Shown one piece after another: positions 12,734 through 22,999 of a stretch of 52,669 nucleotides of DNA. The translations under genes and the position numbers were made by a program. This stretch comes from Acidimicrobiia bacterium (GTDB lineage Bacteria > Actinomycetota > Acidimicrobiia > Spongiisociales > ZC4RG35): the NCBI GenBank assembly GCA_041599115.1, contig JBFHXF010000003.1:1-52669 (forward strand), in the 5' to 3' direction. The number at the start of each line of letters is the position of its first letter. The stretch's first letter is position 1. The notes below the pieces were generated by a model. That model had not been told where the DNA came from, made no database searches, and saw only the letters and a program-made list of their open reading frames with translations.

Positions 12734-13305
12734 GTCTTGATGCCGGCAGGCTCCGACTTGACCGTGTGCCAGAACGCCGACAGATATCCCCAGGCCGATC
12801 CGATGGTGGCTGCCACCGCCACCAACATCACCCACTGATCCAGGTACCAGGGGCCCCAGCGATCTGCCAGCCGGACAAAGGCAAAGAAGATTGCTGCGAA
12901 CTGGGTGAAGGTCTTGATCTTCCCCCAGGTGGAAGGGGCGACGATCCCGCCCTGGACCGCCACCACACCGCGGAGTGCCATCACCGAGAATTCGCGAAAG
13001 ATGATGATCGCAGCCGGCCAAATCGACACCCTGTCCACCGAGACCAGGGCCAACAACGTTCCGGTGACGAGAATCTTGTCAGCGGTGGTGTCGAGGAACC
13101 CGCCAAGTACGGTCCCGCCGCTGGTCCTGCGGGCGAAATAGCCGTCCAGGAAGTCGGTGAACGCCGCCAATGCGAACAGGGCGGCGGCGTAGTAGAACGA
13201 GTTCTCGATTCGATCGGCCCTGGTCAACGACATGACCGGAATCACGAGAACGATCCTGATCAGCGCGAGACCGTCAGGCAGATTCAGGCGAGAAGGGCGG
13301 CTCAC
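12730..13305 (-). CDS. pgsA: CDP-diacylglycerol--glycerol-3-phosphate 3-phosphatidyltransferase
   Basis: TDFLDGYFAR...GGFLDTTADK signature, REF, GKIKT; next to glpK. Confidence 0.85.
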   Translation of the reverse strand: MSRPSRLNLPDGLALIRIVLVIPVMSLTRADRIENSFYYAAALFALAAFTDFLDGYFARRTSGGTVLGGFLDTTADKILVTGTLLALVSVDRVSIWPAAIIIFREFSVMALRGVVAVQGGIVAPSTWGKIKTFTQFAAIFFAFVRLADRWGPWYLDQWVMLVAVAATIGSAWGYLSAFWHTVKSEPAGIKT

Positions 13306-13346
13306 AGACTGATCCTACCGGCGCACCGCTGATCGAGATTCCCGGC

Positions 13347-14837
13347 TCACACCCAGTCCAGAGAACGGGCCACCGCCTGTCGCCAGCGGGCTTGAAGGCG
13401 CTCACGCTCGGCTACCTCCATTCGAGGAGACCAACGTGTGTCCTCCTTCCAGATGTCTCGCAACTGGTCGAGACCTGTCCAGAAGCCCACGGCGATCCCC
13501 GCCGCGAAGGCGGCTCCCAGCGCCGTCGTTTCGGTGACACGCGGGCGCAGCACATCCACCCCGAGGATGTCCGCCTGGAACTGCATGAGGAAATCGTTGG
13601 CGGTCATCCCGCCGTCCACACGCAACTCGGCCAACTTCACCCCCGAGTCGGAGGCCATTGCTTCCAAGACGTCCGCAGTCTGAAATGCCGCCGACTCGAG
13701 AGCAGCCCTGGCGATGTGCTCCCGGGTGGCGAACCCGGTCAGTCCGGTGATCACGCCACGAGCGTCGGGACGCCAGTGCGGTGCGAACAATCCGGAGAAG
13801 GCGGGGACGAAATAGACGTCTCCGTTGTCATCGACCGAGCTTGCCAGACGTTCGATGTCGCCAGGCTCGTCGAACATCCTCATGTTGTCCCGGAGCCACT
13901 GGACCAGGGCTCCCGTGACCGCGACCGAGCCTTCCAGGGCATAAACGGTCGGCTCACCACCCCGTTTGAAGGCGACGGTTGTCAACAAACCTGAACTCGA
14001 AGGGATCGGGGTTGGCCCGGTGTTGAGCAACATGAAGTTTCCCGTCCCGTAGGTGTTCTTGGCGTCACCCGGGCTGAAACAGGTCTGCCCGAACAGTGCC
14101 GCCTGCTGATCACCGAGAATCGAGGCAAGGGTCACCCCTTCGAGTGGGCCGGTGCACCGGCCCATCTCCCCTATGGACGGCACTATCTCGGGAAGACACG
14201 CCGTCGGCACACCGAGCTCGAGGGCCAGATCGGCATCCCATGTCGTAGTAGCGAGATCCATCAGCATCGTCCGGGACGCATTCGACACGTCGGTCAGATG
14301 GAGCCCGCCGGAAGCCCCGCCCGTCAGGTTCCAAGCCAGCCAGGAATCGATTGTGCCAAAAGCGAGATCGCCCCGTGCCGCCGAGTCGCCAAGACCGTGC
14401 TCGTCGAGCAGCCAGCGCAGCTTCGGCCCGGAGAAATAGGTCGCGAGTGGCAGGCCCGTTGTGGCACGGTACCGATCGGGACCAACCTCTCCTCCCAGTT
14501 CGGCGCACAGGTCGGTGGTTCTCGTGTCCTGCCAGACGATCGCATTTGCAACCGGCTCACCTGTGCGTCGGTTCCACAAGACCGTGGTCTCTCGTTGATT
14601 GGTGAGACCGACCGCTGCGAGGTCTTTCTGCTCGACCCGGGCCTTGGCCATGGCCCCCTCGATGACCGCGACGGCTCTGTCCCAGATCTCGACAGGGTCG
14701 TGCTCCACCCAGCCGGGACGGGGAAAGATCTGACGATGCTCGCTCTGCTCGGTGACCACCACCGAGCCGGCCCGATCGAAGATGATGAACCGTGTCGAGG
14801 TGGTCCCCTGATCGAGCGCCCCTACATAGTCGGCCAT
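13347..14837 (-). CDS. glpK: Glycerol kinase
   Basis: [40 protein letters not shown]. Confidence 0.96.
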   Translation of the reverse strand: MADYVGALDQGTTSTRFIIFDRAGSVVVTEQSEHRQIFPRPGWVEHDPVEIWDRAVAVIEGAMAKARVEQKDLAAVGLTNQRETTVLWNRRTGEPVANAIVWQDTRTTDLCAELGGEVGPDRYRATTGLPLATYFSGPKLRWLLDEHGLGDSAARGDLAFGTIDSWLAWNLTGGASGGLHLTDVSNASRTMLMDLATTTWDADLALELGVPTACLPEIVPSIGEMGRCTGPLEGVTLASILGDQQAALFGQTCFSPGDAKNTYGTGNFMLLNTGPTPIPSSSGLLTTVAFKRGGEPTVYALEGSVAVTGALVQWLRDNMRMFDEPGDIERLASSVDDNGDVYFVPAFSGLFAPHWRPDARGVITGLTGFATREHIARAALESAAFQTADVLEAMASDSGVKLAELRVDGGMTANDFLMQFQADILGVDVLRPRVTETTALGAAFAAGIAVGFWTGLDQLRDIWKEDTRWSPRMEVAERERLQARWRQAVARSLDWV

Positions 14838-14858
14838 CTGGTCACGTTAGAGCGCGCC

Positions 14859-15452
14859 TCACCCTTGGGAACCCGGCTCGTCCCGTCCTCTCAGGGCCGC
14901 CAGTTCCTGGGCGCGGGCCGGGTCGGTCAACCACAACTCCACGACCCCAACGGCATCCGCGACCATCAGGTCGACCTCCGACCGCTCCGACCTGGCGAAA
15001 GGCCGTAGAACGTAGTCGGCCGGATCCATCGACCGCGGTGGGCGTCCGACTCCTATCTTGAGGCGGCTGAAATCCTTGGTCCCGAGGGATTCCTCGATCG
15101 ACCTGATCCCGTTGTGACCCCCGCTGCCGCCGCCCACCTGCAAACGGAGCCGTCCGAACCCGAGATCGATGTCGTCGTGGACAACCAGGATTGCCCCGAC
15201 GCCCACCTTGTAGTAACCGAGCACGGCGCGGACTGCGCCACCCGATTCGTTCATGAAGGTGTTGGGCGACGAAAAGACAACCCGGCTCTCCCCGACACCG
15301 GCGCTGGCGATGACACTGCGTAGCCTCAAAGGAGCCCGGCCCAGCTTGCCCCCGGCGCGATCGACCGATCGTGAAACCACTTCGAAACCGATATTGTGGC
15401 GGGTGCCTTCGTAAGCCGAGCCCGGATTACGGAGCCCAACCACGAGGCGCAC
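14859..15452 (-). CDS. pth: Peptidyl-tRNA hydrolase
   Basis: LVVGLRNPG..Y..TRHNIGF, FMNESG, HDDID, GGHNG; next to rplY. Confidence 0.94.
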   Translation of the reverse strand: MRLVVGLRNPGSAYEGTRHNIGFEVVSRSVDRAGGKLGRAPLRLRSVIASAGVGESRVVFSSPNTFMNESGGAVRAVLGYYKVGVGAILVVHDDIDLGFGRLRLQVGGGSGGHNGIRSIEESLGTKDFSRLKIGVGRPPRSMDPADYVLRPFARSERSEVDLMVADAVGVVELWLTDPARAQELAALRGRDEPGSQG

Positions 15453-15456
15453 CGGG

Positions 15457-16128
15457 TTATTCGGTGTCTTCGCCCTCGGCGTCCGTTGCAGCCTCATCGT
15501 CCGCCTCACCCTCAATCGGCTCCTCGCCCTCGAAAAGCTCGAGCTCTTCTTCCGGCTCTTCCTCGATCTCGGCGGCGGGGGTGGTGACGCTCATGACCAC
15601 CTCATCCGGATCCTCGGTGTAGGCAACGCCCTCCAATTCGGGGAGGTCGCTGATTCGCAGCGAATCGCCGATATCAACCCCAGAAATGTCGAGTTCGATG
15701 CTGGACGGAATCGCAGTTGCCAGTGTTTCGACCTCGACATGGGTGCGGCGGGGTGAGAACACTCCCCCTTCTGTCACTCCATGTGGCGTCCCCACGAAGT
15801 CGATCGCCACCTCGACGGTGATGGTCTCATCGAGGGAAACTGTCACGAAGTCGACGTGGCGATACTCATTGCGGAAGGGATGGCGCTCGATTACCCGGGC
15901 AAGGGTGAGCAGGGTGTCTCCACCGTCGATCTCGAGGTTGATGAGAGCATTGGTCCCGGCTTCGGTGTGCAACGCCACGTGGAGGTCGTGAGCATCAACC
16001 GAAAGGGGAAGCGGGCTCAGCCCCTTGCCATAGACGATGGCGGGCACATCTCCGGTGCGGCGAACCCGCCGGGAGGCGCGCGATCCAGGCGTCCGGCCCG
16101 ATCTGGCGCGCAGACTCACTTCCGACAT
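15457..16128 (-). CDS. rplY: 50S ribosomal protein L25/general stress protein Ctc
   Basis: VPAIVYG, HVDF, acidic C-terminal tail; start MSEVSL at 16128. Confidence 0.94.
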   Translation of the reverse strand: MSEVSLRARSGRTPGSRASRRVRRTGDVPAIVYGKGLSPLPLSVDAHDLHVALHTEAGTNALINLEIDGGDTLLTLARVIERHPFRNEYRHVDFVTVSLDETITVEVAIDFVGTPHGVTEGGVFSPRRTHVEVETLATAIPSSIELDISGVDIGDSLRISDLPELEGVAYTEDPDEVVMSVTTPAAEIEEEPEEELELFEGEEPIEGEADDEAATDAEGEDTE

Positions 16129-16165
16129 TGAAAGACTCCTTGAAGAGGTGAGGGGTGAACTCGGA

Positions 16166-16828
16166 TTATGGCCGAGATGGCGTTGTTTCGCCAGATGAAA
16201 GACCCCGGATCCAGGCCGTTGTGTGATCGCTGAGAAAACCAACCACTCGCTCGGGGGCCCAGCCTTTGCCGCGAAATGAATGATCGACGCCTTCGATGAT
16301 CTCCACATCGCTGTTGGGGAGCGACCTTATGTGCCTGTCGAACAACTCCATCCTGCTCAGGGCATCCCGGGTGCCCTGGAAGAACAGCATGGGCACGTTT
16401 ACATCAGGAAAATGGGCGATCCGGAGCTTGTCGGGCTTGCCTGCCGGATGTAGCGGGTAGGCATAGAGAACCACACCGGCAGCCGGGTACCCCTCGGCCA
16501 CGAGATAAGTAGCCATCCGTCCACCCATCGATCTCCCGGCCAGGAACAGCCGCTCGATGTGGGCGCGGAAGAAGTCGGCAGCGGCCATGTGGCAGGCGAC
16601 GAGTCTCTCCGGGCGGTCGGGGCTGCGTGAGCCTCGCTCTGTGTAGGGGTAATTGAAAGTCATGACCGTGCTCCCGGCGTCGGCAAGGGCATCACGCAAC
16701 GAGACGATGAGGTGGTGATCCTGATTGGTGCCGGCCCCGTGGGCGAGGAGGATCCCATCCTTTCCCGAGCCAGCAATGCGCCCGGAGACCTTTCCGCCCT
16801 CCCATGGGACGGTGACTGAAGAGACCAC
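16166..16828 (-). CDS. Alpha/beta hydrolase (KANSL3/Abhydrolase_11-like)
   Basis: LAHGAG, GRSMGGR, YPLHPAGK, QGTRD, DHSF. Confidence 0.85.
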   Translation of the reverse strand: MVSSVTVPWEGGKVSGRIAGSGKDGILLAHGAGTNQDHHLIVSLRDALADAGSTVMTFNYPYTERGSRSPDRPERLVACHMAAADFFRAHIERLFLAGRSMGGRMATYLVAEGYPAAGVVLYAYPLHPAGKPDKLRIAHFPDVNVPMLFFQGTRDALSRMELFDRHIRSLPNSDVEIIEGVDHSFRGKGWAPERVVGFLSDHTTAWIRGLSSGETTPSRP

Positions 16829-16863
16829 GGCACAAATCTAGGCCCTGGGTACCGTTCGGTCTC

Positions 16864-17541
16864 GTGAAGCTGAACGTGTACGACAACACCGACGAACTGG
16901 CCAGCGGAGCCTCGACCCGGATCGCCGAGTTGATCGCCGCTGCTCCAGATCATTTCTCCCTCGGCATTGCCGGCGGCTCCACTCCCCGGGCCACCTACCG
17001 AATCCTCCGACAGGCGGACCCTGGCTGGAACAAAGTCACCTCATGGATGTCGGACGAGCGCTGGGTGACTCCGGATCATCCCCGGTGCAACGGCGCCATG
17101 GCCGCCAGGGTCTTGTTCGACCATGTCCCCGCCAAGTTTGTCCGCCCGGTTCTGGGTGGCCCGCTCAGCGCCCCTGAGTCGGCTGCGGCATATGACATGA
17201 TGCTTCGAACTCTGCACGAGAAGAGACCACCCGATCTGATCATGCTGGGCATGGGAGATGACGGCCATACCGCCTCGCTCTTTCCGGGGACGCTTGCCCT
17301 CGGCGAACGCGACAGATGGTATGTGGCCAACGACGTCCCCCAAGTCGACGAGGAGCGGCTCACCGCCACCTATCCACTGCTGTGGTCGGCGAATATCTTG
17401 ATGGTCCTCGTGGCCGGCGCCGGCAAAGCGAGGGCATTGGCGGAGGCTCTTCAAGGCAGGATGCCGGCGGGCAAACTGGGCGAGGGCCACGCAGAGGTCG
17501 AGTGGTACGCCGATCGGGAGGCGGCATCACGGCTCGGCTAG
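16864..17541 (+). CDS. pgl: 6-phosphogluconolactonase
   Basis: AGGSTP, SDERWV, LGMGDDGHTASLFP. Confidence 0.92.
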   Translation: MKLNVYDNTDELASGASTRIAELIAAAPDHFSLGIAGGSTPRATYRILRQADPGWNKVTSWMSDERWVTPDHPRCNGAMAARVLFDHVPAKFVRPVLGGPLSAPESAAAYDMMLRTLHEKRPPDLIMLGMGDDGHTASLFPGTLALGERDRWYVANDVPQVDEERLTATYPLLWSANILMVLVAGAGKARALAEALQGRMPAGKLGEGHAEVEWYADREAASRLG

Positions 17542-18413
17542 CCCCCATCTTCTTGGGTCTGGCATTGATCGCCTGCTCGTCGCCTGGCGTGTCCGGGTCC
17601 ACCAGCGTGACTGCACCCGACGGGAGCGCCACCACGACCACCACCGTCAACATCCCTTCGACGGAGTCGGACCCATCCATCACCTCGGTTCCGGGGTCAA
17701 CGACGGTCCCATCGGTACCGCACATCGACCCTGAGATCATCCTTCCGGAAGGAAAGGGGCCCTTTCCCGCGGTGGTGCTGGTACATGGCGGCGGATGGAT
17801 CGCGGGTGACCCATCCATCATGAGGCCTCTGGCTCGTTTCCTCTCCGATCAGGGGTTCATGACGGTCAACACCAACTACACCCTGTCCGATGAACAGCCC
17901 GGCTTCCCGGCCGCGATCAATGACGTGGCGTGTGCCGTCCGCCTTGCCCAGACCCATCCCGAGTCGGATGGCACGGTGGTGATCTTGGGTCACTCGGCAG
18001 GCGCCCATATCGCCGCAGTTGTCGCTCTCACCGGGAATCAGTACGGCGCGGGCTGCCCCTATCAGGGCAGCGGTCTCCCGGACAAACTTGTCGGCCTGGC
18101 CGGCCCCTACAACGTGGAGCGTCTCGGGTTCATCATGATCCCCTTCTTCGGAGGTGGCCCTCAGGTGGAGCCGGACGCCTGGTTCGCAGGGAATCCGCTC
18201 AACCATGTCAGTGAGAACACCAATCTGGTCACATTGCTCCTGCATGGCGACGCCGACGGCATCGTCGATATCGGCTTCAGTTATGAGTTCGAGACAGCCC
18301 TGACCGATGCCGGGTCAGATGTCCTCATGGAGGTGGTGGAGGGCGCCAATCACGAGATGCTTCGCGAGGCAAACGTGGTGGGCGACCTGATCGTCACCTG
18401 GCTGCTTCGCTAG
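17502..18413 (+). CDS. Lipoprotein esterase/lipase (HGGG alpha/beta hydrolase) with Thr/Ser-rich linker
   Basis: Lipobox LIAC, HGGGW, GHSAG, HGDAD, NH. Start uncertain. Confidence 0.8.
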   Translation: MVRRSGGGITARLAPIFLGLALIACSSPGVSGSTSVTAPDGSATTTTTVNIPSTESDPSITSVPGSTTVPSVPHIDPEIILPEGKGPFPAVVLVHGGGWIAGDPSIMRPLARFLSDQGFMTVNTNYTLSDEQPGFPAAINDVACAVRLAQTHPESDGTVVILGHSAGAHIAAVVALTGNQYGAGCPYQGSGLPDKLVGLAGPYNVERLGFIMIPFFGGGPQVEPDAWFAGNPLNHVSENTNLVTLLLHGDADGIVDIGFSYEFETALTDAGSDVLMEVVEGANHEMLREANVVGDLIVTWLLR

Positions 18414-18817
18414 GCCGGATCAGCGCCCGACGCCAGGGTCCAGGCCGAAGGGTGCTGTTCCATTCCGATCTTCGGGTAATACCCCACCGCATTGGGAGCG
18501 GAAAGCAGGATGATCTTGGCCTGCGGTGCCGCCGCCCGGGTGAGACGAACCAATTCCCTGCCGATGCCTTGGCCCTGGTAATCGACGCTGACAGCCAGAT
18601 CGGCGAGATAGGTGCAGTTGACCCAGTCGGTGATCGAACGGCTGACACCCACCATCCTCTCGCCGTCCCAGGCAGTGATGACCAGGCCGGCATTCTCCAA
18701 CATTGCCTTCATCCGGGCGCGATCATCGACCGGGCGGCGCTCCCCCAACGTCGAATCGACATAGACCCCGATGAACTCGTCCAAATCGAGGTCGTTCCCG
18801 GTGCGGTAGGTGATCAT
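18410..18817 (-). CDS. GNAT family N-acetyltransferase
   Basis: YLADLAV...YQGQGIGREL, YYPKIG. Confidence 0.88.
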   Translation of the reverse strand: MITYRTGNDLDLDEFIGVYVDSTLGERRPVDDRARMKAMLENAGLVITAWDGERMVGVSRSITDWVNCTYLADLAVSVDYQGQGIGRELVRLTRAAAPQAKIILLSAPNAVGYYPKIGMEQHPSAWTLASGADPA

Positions 18818-18847
18818 GCGATCAGCGTACGGGACAGACGACGCGGA

Positions 18848-19723
18848 TCACATCCCGGTGATGTCCCGGGGTTTCATCCTTGGCCCGAATTTCGGCTCGT
18901 GACCCAGGGTATGAAGGAGCCGGGCAACCCGGCCGCGATGTGGCCGGAAGGGCTCGAGTAGCTCAAGCATCTCCCTGTCGCTGCCCCGGGGACGACCGGT
19001 GAGGTGGAAGACCACCAGATGCTTGAGGTGGAAATCGCCAACCTTGACGAGGTCCGGATCGCCGTGTGAGGAAATGAGCGTCTCGGCGACCGTCCAGGGG
19101 CCGATGCCCGGATGGCTTTCGAGGAAGGTGGCTGCGTTCGATGGACTCGCTTCCCGGAGGCGGTTGATCTTCTCGTGCTCGGCCGCGACCTTTCTGATCA
19201 GATCGGCCCGGCGTCTCTCGAGATGCAACTCGTGGAAGACCCAATAGGGAGCTTCGGCCACCCTGTCCGGATCGGGTGGCAGCCGAAGCTCGGCGGCGGG
19301 CCCGGGCGAAGGATCTGAGAATCTCCGATACAGCCCCCTCATCGCCTCCGACGCCTCCCGCCCGGTGACCTTCTGACCGACGATCCCCGCGACCAGGGCG
19401 TCGAAGACAAGATCGGTCCTTCCAAAGCGCAAACCGGGATTGCGACGATGCAACTCGCCGATAACCGGATGTTCGGTGGCAAACCCCTGAGGATCGTCTT
19501 CCAGACCACAGATCCGACCCAAGCGGGCGAGCAACCAAGCCGATCCGTCTCCCCACGCCTCGCCAACGACCTCATCAGCGGTGCGACGCACCCGAAGGCT
19601 GCCGGGGCCATCGGGGGTCCGGGCCGCCAGCCACCAGCCATCGGGCATGAACTGCCCGTGCAGGGGCCGCAGGTTCGATCTGAGGTCGAGAGGCCCTTCG
19701 ATCGCCAGTGTCGAAGCGTCCAC
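18848..19723 (-). CDS. DNA-3-methyladenine glycosylase II family (AlkA-like HhH-GPD)
   Basis: IVGQKVTG, PGIGPWT helix-hairpin-helix, GDFHL. Confidence 0.82.
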   Translation of the reverse strand: MDASTLAIEGPLDLRSNLRPLHGQFMPDGWWLAARTPDGPGSLRVRRTADEVVGEAWGDGSAWLLARLGRICGLEDDPQGFATEHPVIGELHRRNPGLRFGRTDLVFDALVAGIVGQKVTGREASEAMRGLYRRFSDPSPGPAAELRLPPDPDRVAEAPYWVFHELHLERRRADLIRKVAAEHEKINRLREASPSNAATFLESHPGIGPWTVAETLISSHGDPDLVKVGDFHLKHLVVFHLTGRPRGSDREMLELLEPFRPHRGRVARLLHTLGHEPKFGPRMKPRDITGM

Positions 19724-19731
19724 TTACCCGG

Positions 19732-20487
19732 TCAGCGCCTGGGTCGATTCCGCCACGTGGAGTAGAGATGACGGACCACAGCCATCGAGTAGGTCCCCAG
19801 GTCTCTTGGCTCGTCGTCGGTCGCAGTGTCGCCCCCGTCGGGGCGCGCCGCCGGCCGATCGACCGCCTCCTGCTGGGCCGGCGCCGGGGTGGCAGCCCCG
19901 GGTTGAGGCCGATCCGTGCGCTCGCGTATTTCGGCAAGGCGCTCCTTGAGAAATGTGACCTCGGTCTCCGCCCTGGCGGCCCGCTCCCGTGCTTCTGCCA
20001 GGTCCTGGCCCGCTTGATGCAGATTCCCCAGTTGCATCAGCAGCTTGTCCCAAGCGTCCATGGGCACCAGCATCGTCCCCGGTGGGACCGCGACCTCCCA
20101 CCTCCCATCATTGGATCCCTCCGGAGGAGCCTCTGCCGGTTCTTCAGGAGGCACCGGTGTTTCGACAATCGCTTTCTCGTCTGCCGCTGTTGCCGGTGAT
20201 ATCTCGCGACCCAGTTGATCGGCTCGTTCGAGCACGCCTTTCAGCGAGATCATCCTGAGTTGCCCGACGGGGGTCTTCTTCAGGTAGGAGGGGACGCTGG
20301 CCTTGCGCGCCCATTTGCGCAACGTTTCCACCGGGATCCCGGTGGCTTGATTTGTCTCGCGGAGACTCAACCAGTCCGGGTCTTGCCAATCGGAGGGCAT
20401 GATCGACTGTCCGGAGACAACCGCCGGAGTGGCTTGAGTCCGGATTCCCTCTATCTCGCGCAGGAATGAAGCACCACTGTCGCTCAT
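19732..20487 (-). CDS. Hypothetical protein with MerR/excisionase-like HTH and coiled coil
   Basis: WLSLRETNQATGIPVETLRKWAR HTH-like segment; LAEARERAARAETEVTFLKERL coiled coil. Confidence 0.65.
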   Translation of the reverse strand: MSDSGASFLREIEGIRTQATPAVVSGQSIMPSDWQDPDWLSLRETNQATGIPVETLRKWARKASVPSYLKKTPVGQLRMISLKGVLERADQLGREISPATAADEKAIVETPVPPEEPAEAPPEGSNDGRWEVAVPPGTMLVPMDAWDKLLMQLGNLHQAGQDLAEARERAARAETEVTFLKERLAEIRERTDRPQPGAATPAPAQQEAVDRPAARPDGGDTATDDEPRDLGTYSMAVVRHLYSTWRNRPRR

Positions 20488-20567
20488 CGCCGCATCATAA
20501 GACAGCTCGAGGGGCCCGGGTCCATCCGCTCGACCACCTGTGGAATCCCCCTAGCATTGGGTTGGTC

Positions 20568-21518
20568 GTGACCCTTGCCCCCACAAGTTCGATTCTGCCC
20601 GACCGTGTCAATACCGCCACGCTGCGGACCTTCCTGCGGAGCATCCCCCCGGTGGACGAAGTAGGGGCTCGAGAAAGGGTGGCCTCGTTATCGACGAGGT
20701 CCATCAAGAGAGAGTCGAAACAGAACGTGCTCGACCTGATCGTTCGCATGATCGACCTGACCACCCTCGAGGGCATGGACACCCCCGGCAAGATCGCCCA
20801 GATGTCATCCAAGGCGATCCGGCCCGATCCGATCGATGTATCGGTCCCGTCGGTGGCTGCAGTCTGTGTCTATCCGAACATGGTCAAACCGGCCGTTGAG
20901 GCCACCGAGGGAAGCACGGTGCGCGTCGCATCGGTGGCCACCTACTTCCCCTCGGGTCTTGCCGACACCGACATGAAGATGAAAGAGATCGGCCGCGTGG
21001 TAGCCGATGGGGCGGACGAGGTCGACATGGTCATCGACCGGGGAGCCTTCCTCAGCGGACAGTTCTTCAAGGTTTTCGACGAGATCCGACGCGCCAAGGA
21101 GGCGAGCCAGGGCCGCCATCTCAAGGTCATCTTGGAGACCGGTGAGCTACAGACACTGGACAATGTCCGGCGGGCGTCGATGCTGGCAATGGCCGCGGGC
21201 GCCGATTTCATCAAGACGTCGACCGGAAAGGTGCAACCCGGCGCCACCCTCCCGGTAAGTCTGGTGATGTTCGAGGCGATTCGAGATTTTCGCGACGCCA
21301 CCGGTCTCGTCGTGGGAATGAAGCCGGCTGGAGGCATCCGCACGGCCAAGGAGGCGATCAGATACCTGATAGTGCTCAATGAGACGCTCGGTGTGGAGTG
21401 GATGACACCCGACCTGTTCCGCTTTGGGGCCTCGTCTCTGCTCAACGACGTGCTGATGCAGATTCGCTGGCTCAAGACCGGCCGGTACTCATCTCTCGAC
21501 TACTTTCCCAAGGACTGA
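20568..21518 (+). CDS. deoC: Deoxyribose-phosphate aldolase (long actinobacterial type)
   Basis: IDLTTLEG, GADEVDMV, LKVILETGEL, FIKTSTGK, KPAGGIRT, RFGASSLL. Start estimated. Confidence 0.93.
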   Translation: MTLAPTSSILPDRVNTATLRTFLRSIPPVDEVGARERVASLSTRSIKRESKQNVLDLIVRMIDLTTLEGMDTPGKIAQMSSKAIRPDPIDVSVPSVAAVCVYPNMVKPAVEATEGSTVRVASVATYFPSGLADTDMKMKEIGRVVADGADEVDMVIDRGAFLSGQFFKVFDEIRRAKEASQGRHLKVILETGELQTLDNVRRASMLAMAAGADFIKTSTGKVQPGATLPVSLVMFEAIRDFRDATGLVVGMKPAGGIRTAKEAIRYLIVLNETLGVEWMTPDLFRFGASSLLNDVLMQIRWLKTGRYSSLDYFPKD

Positions 21519-21520
21519 CG

Positions 21521-22999
21521 ATGGCCAAGAACCTTCCGACGACAACTCACAAGCCGCTTCTCTGGGAGTACGCAACCTCCAGGGAGTCGGCCGATATCGT
21601 CAGCATCGATTCCAGATACGGGCTCTTCATCGATGGGGAGTTCAGGGCTCCCAAGTCGCGGAGATACTTCCCCACCGTCAACCCGGCCACCGAGGAGCAG
21701 CTCGCCGAGGTCGCAGAAGCCGATGAAGCGGATATCGATCTGGCGGTGAACGCGGCCCGTCGGGCATACACCGACGTTTGGCGCCCCCTCTCCGGGACGG
21801 AGCGGGCCAAGTACGTCTTCCGGCTCGCCCGCATGATCCAGGAACGTTCCCGCGAGCTGGCCGTGCTGGAGACCCTCGACGGCGGCAAGCCGATCCGGGA
21901 GGCGAGGGACATCGACCTGCCGCTGGCGGCAGCGCACTTCTTCTATTACGCGGGTTGGGCGGACAAGCTGGAATATGCGTTTCCCGGTCTGCATCCGAAA
22001 CCGCTCGGAGTTGCCGGGCAAGTCATTCCCTGGAACTTCCCCCTCCTGATGCTCGCCTGGAAGGTCGCCCCTGCGCTGGCGGCCGGCAATACCGTCGTCC
22101 TCAAACCTGCGGAGACAACCCCGCTCACCGCCCTGTTGTTCGCCCAGATCGCCGGTGAGGCGGGGCTGCCTCCCGGTGTTCTCAACATCGTCACCGGCGG
22201 AGGTCCCACCGGTGCGGCCGTGGTGGCCCACCACGACGTGGACAAAGTCGCTTTCACCGGCTCGACCACCGTCGGCAAACTGATACAAAAGGAGCTGGCT
22301 GGCACATCCAAGCGACTGACCCTCGAACTCGGGGGCAAGGGAGCCCACATCATCTTTGACGATGCCCCGCTCGACCAGGCGGTGGAAGGGGTCATCAACG
22401 GGATCTTCTTCAACCAAGGACACGTCTGCTGTGCCGGGAGCCGACTGCTGGTACAGGAGAACATCCACGATCAGTTTGTCGAAAAGCTGAGAAGGCGACT
22501 GGCGACCTTGCGGGTCGGCGACCCGTTGGACAAGAACACCGACGTGGGCGCAATCAACAGCAAGGCGCAACTCGAGAAGATCGAGGAATTGGTGGAATCA
22601 GGGTTGAGCGAAGGTGCCGAGATGTACCAGCCCGACTGCGCATTGCCCGACCGCGGTTTCTGGTTCAAACCCACTCTCTTCTCGAATGTGGCCCAGTCCT
22701 ACCGGATCGCCCAGGAAGAGATCTTCGGGCCGGTTCTCTCCATTCTCTCCTTCCGAACTCCGGAGGAGGCCGTGGAAAAGGCGAACAACTCCCCGTATGG
22801 CCTGGCGGCCGGGGTGTGGACCAATAAAGGCTCGCGCATCCTGTGGATGGCTGATCGTCTCCAGGCCGGAGTCGTCTGGGCCAACACCTACAACAAGTTC
22901 GATCCAACGTCGCCATTTGGGGGATACAAGGAGTCGGGATTCGGCCGCGAAGGCGGACGGCACGGGTTGCTCGGCTATCTGGATTGGGGTGAGGGATGA
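21521..22999 (+). CDS. NAD-dependent aldehyde dehydrogenase
   Basis: IPWNFP, FTGST, LELGGK, catalytic VCCAGS, EEIFGP. Confidence 0.93.
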   Translation: MAKNLPTTTHKPLLWEYATSRESADIVSIDSRYGLFIDGEFRAPKSRRYFPTVNPATEEQLAEVAEADEADIDLAVNAARRAYTDVWRPLSGTERAKYVFRLARMIQERSRELAVLETLDGGKPIREARDIDLPLAAAHFFYYAGWADKLEYAFPGLHPKPLGVAGQVIPWNFPLLMLAWKVAPALAAGNTVVLKPAETTPLTALLFAQIAGEAGLPPGVLNIVTGGGPTGAAVVAHHDVDKVAFTGSTTVGKLIQKELAGTSKRLTLELGGKGAHIIFDDAPLDQAVEGVINGIFFNQGHVCCAGSRLLVQENIHDQFVEKLRRRLATLRVGDPLDKNTDVGAINSKAQLEKIEELVESGLSEGAEMYQPDCALPDRGFWFKPTLFSNVAQSYRIAQEEIFGPVLSILSFRTPEEAVEKANNSPYGLAAGVWTNKGSRILWMADRLQAGVVWANTYNKFDPTSPFGGYKESGFGREGGRHGLLGYLDWGEG

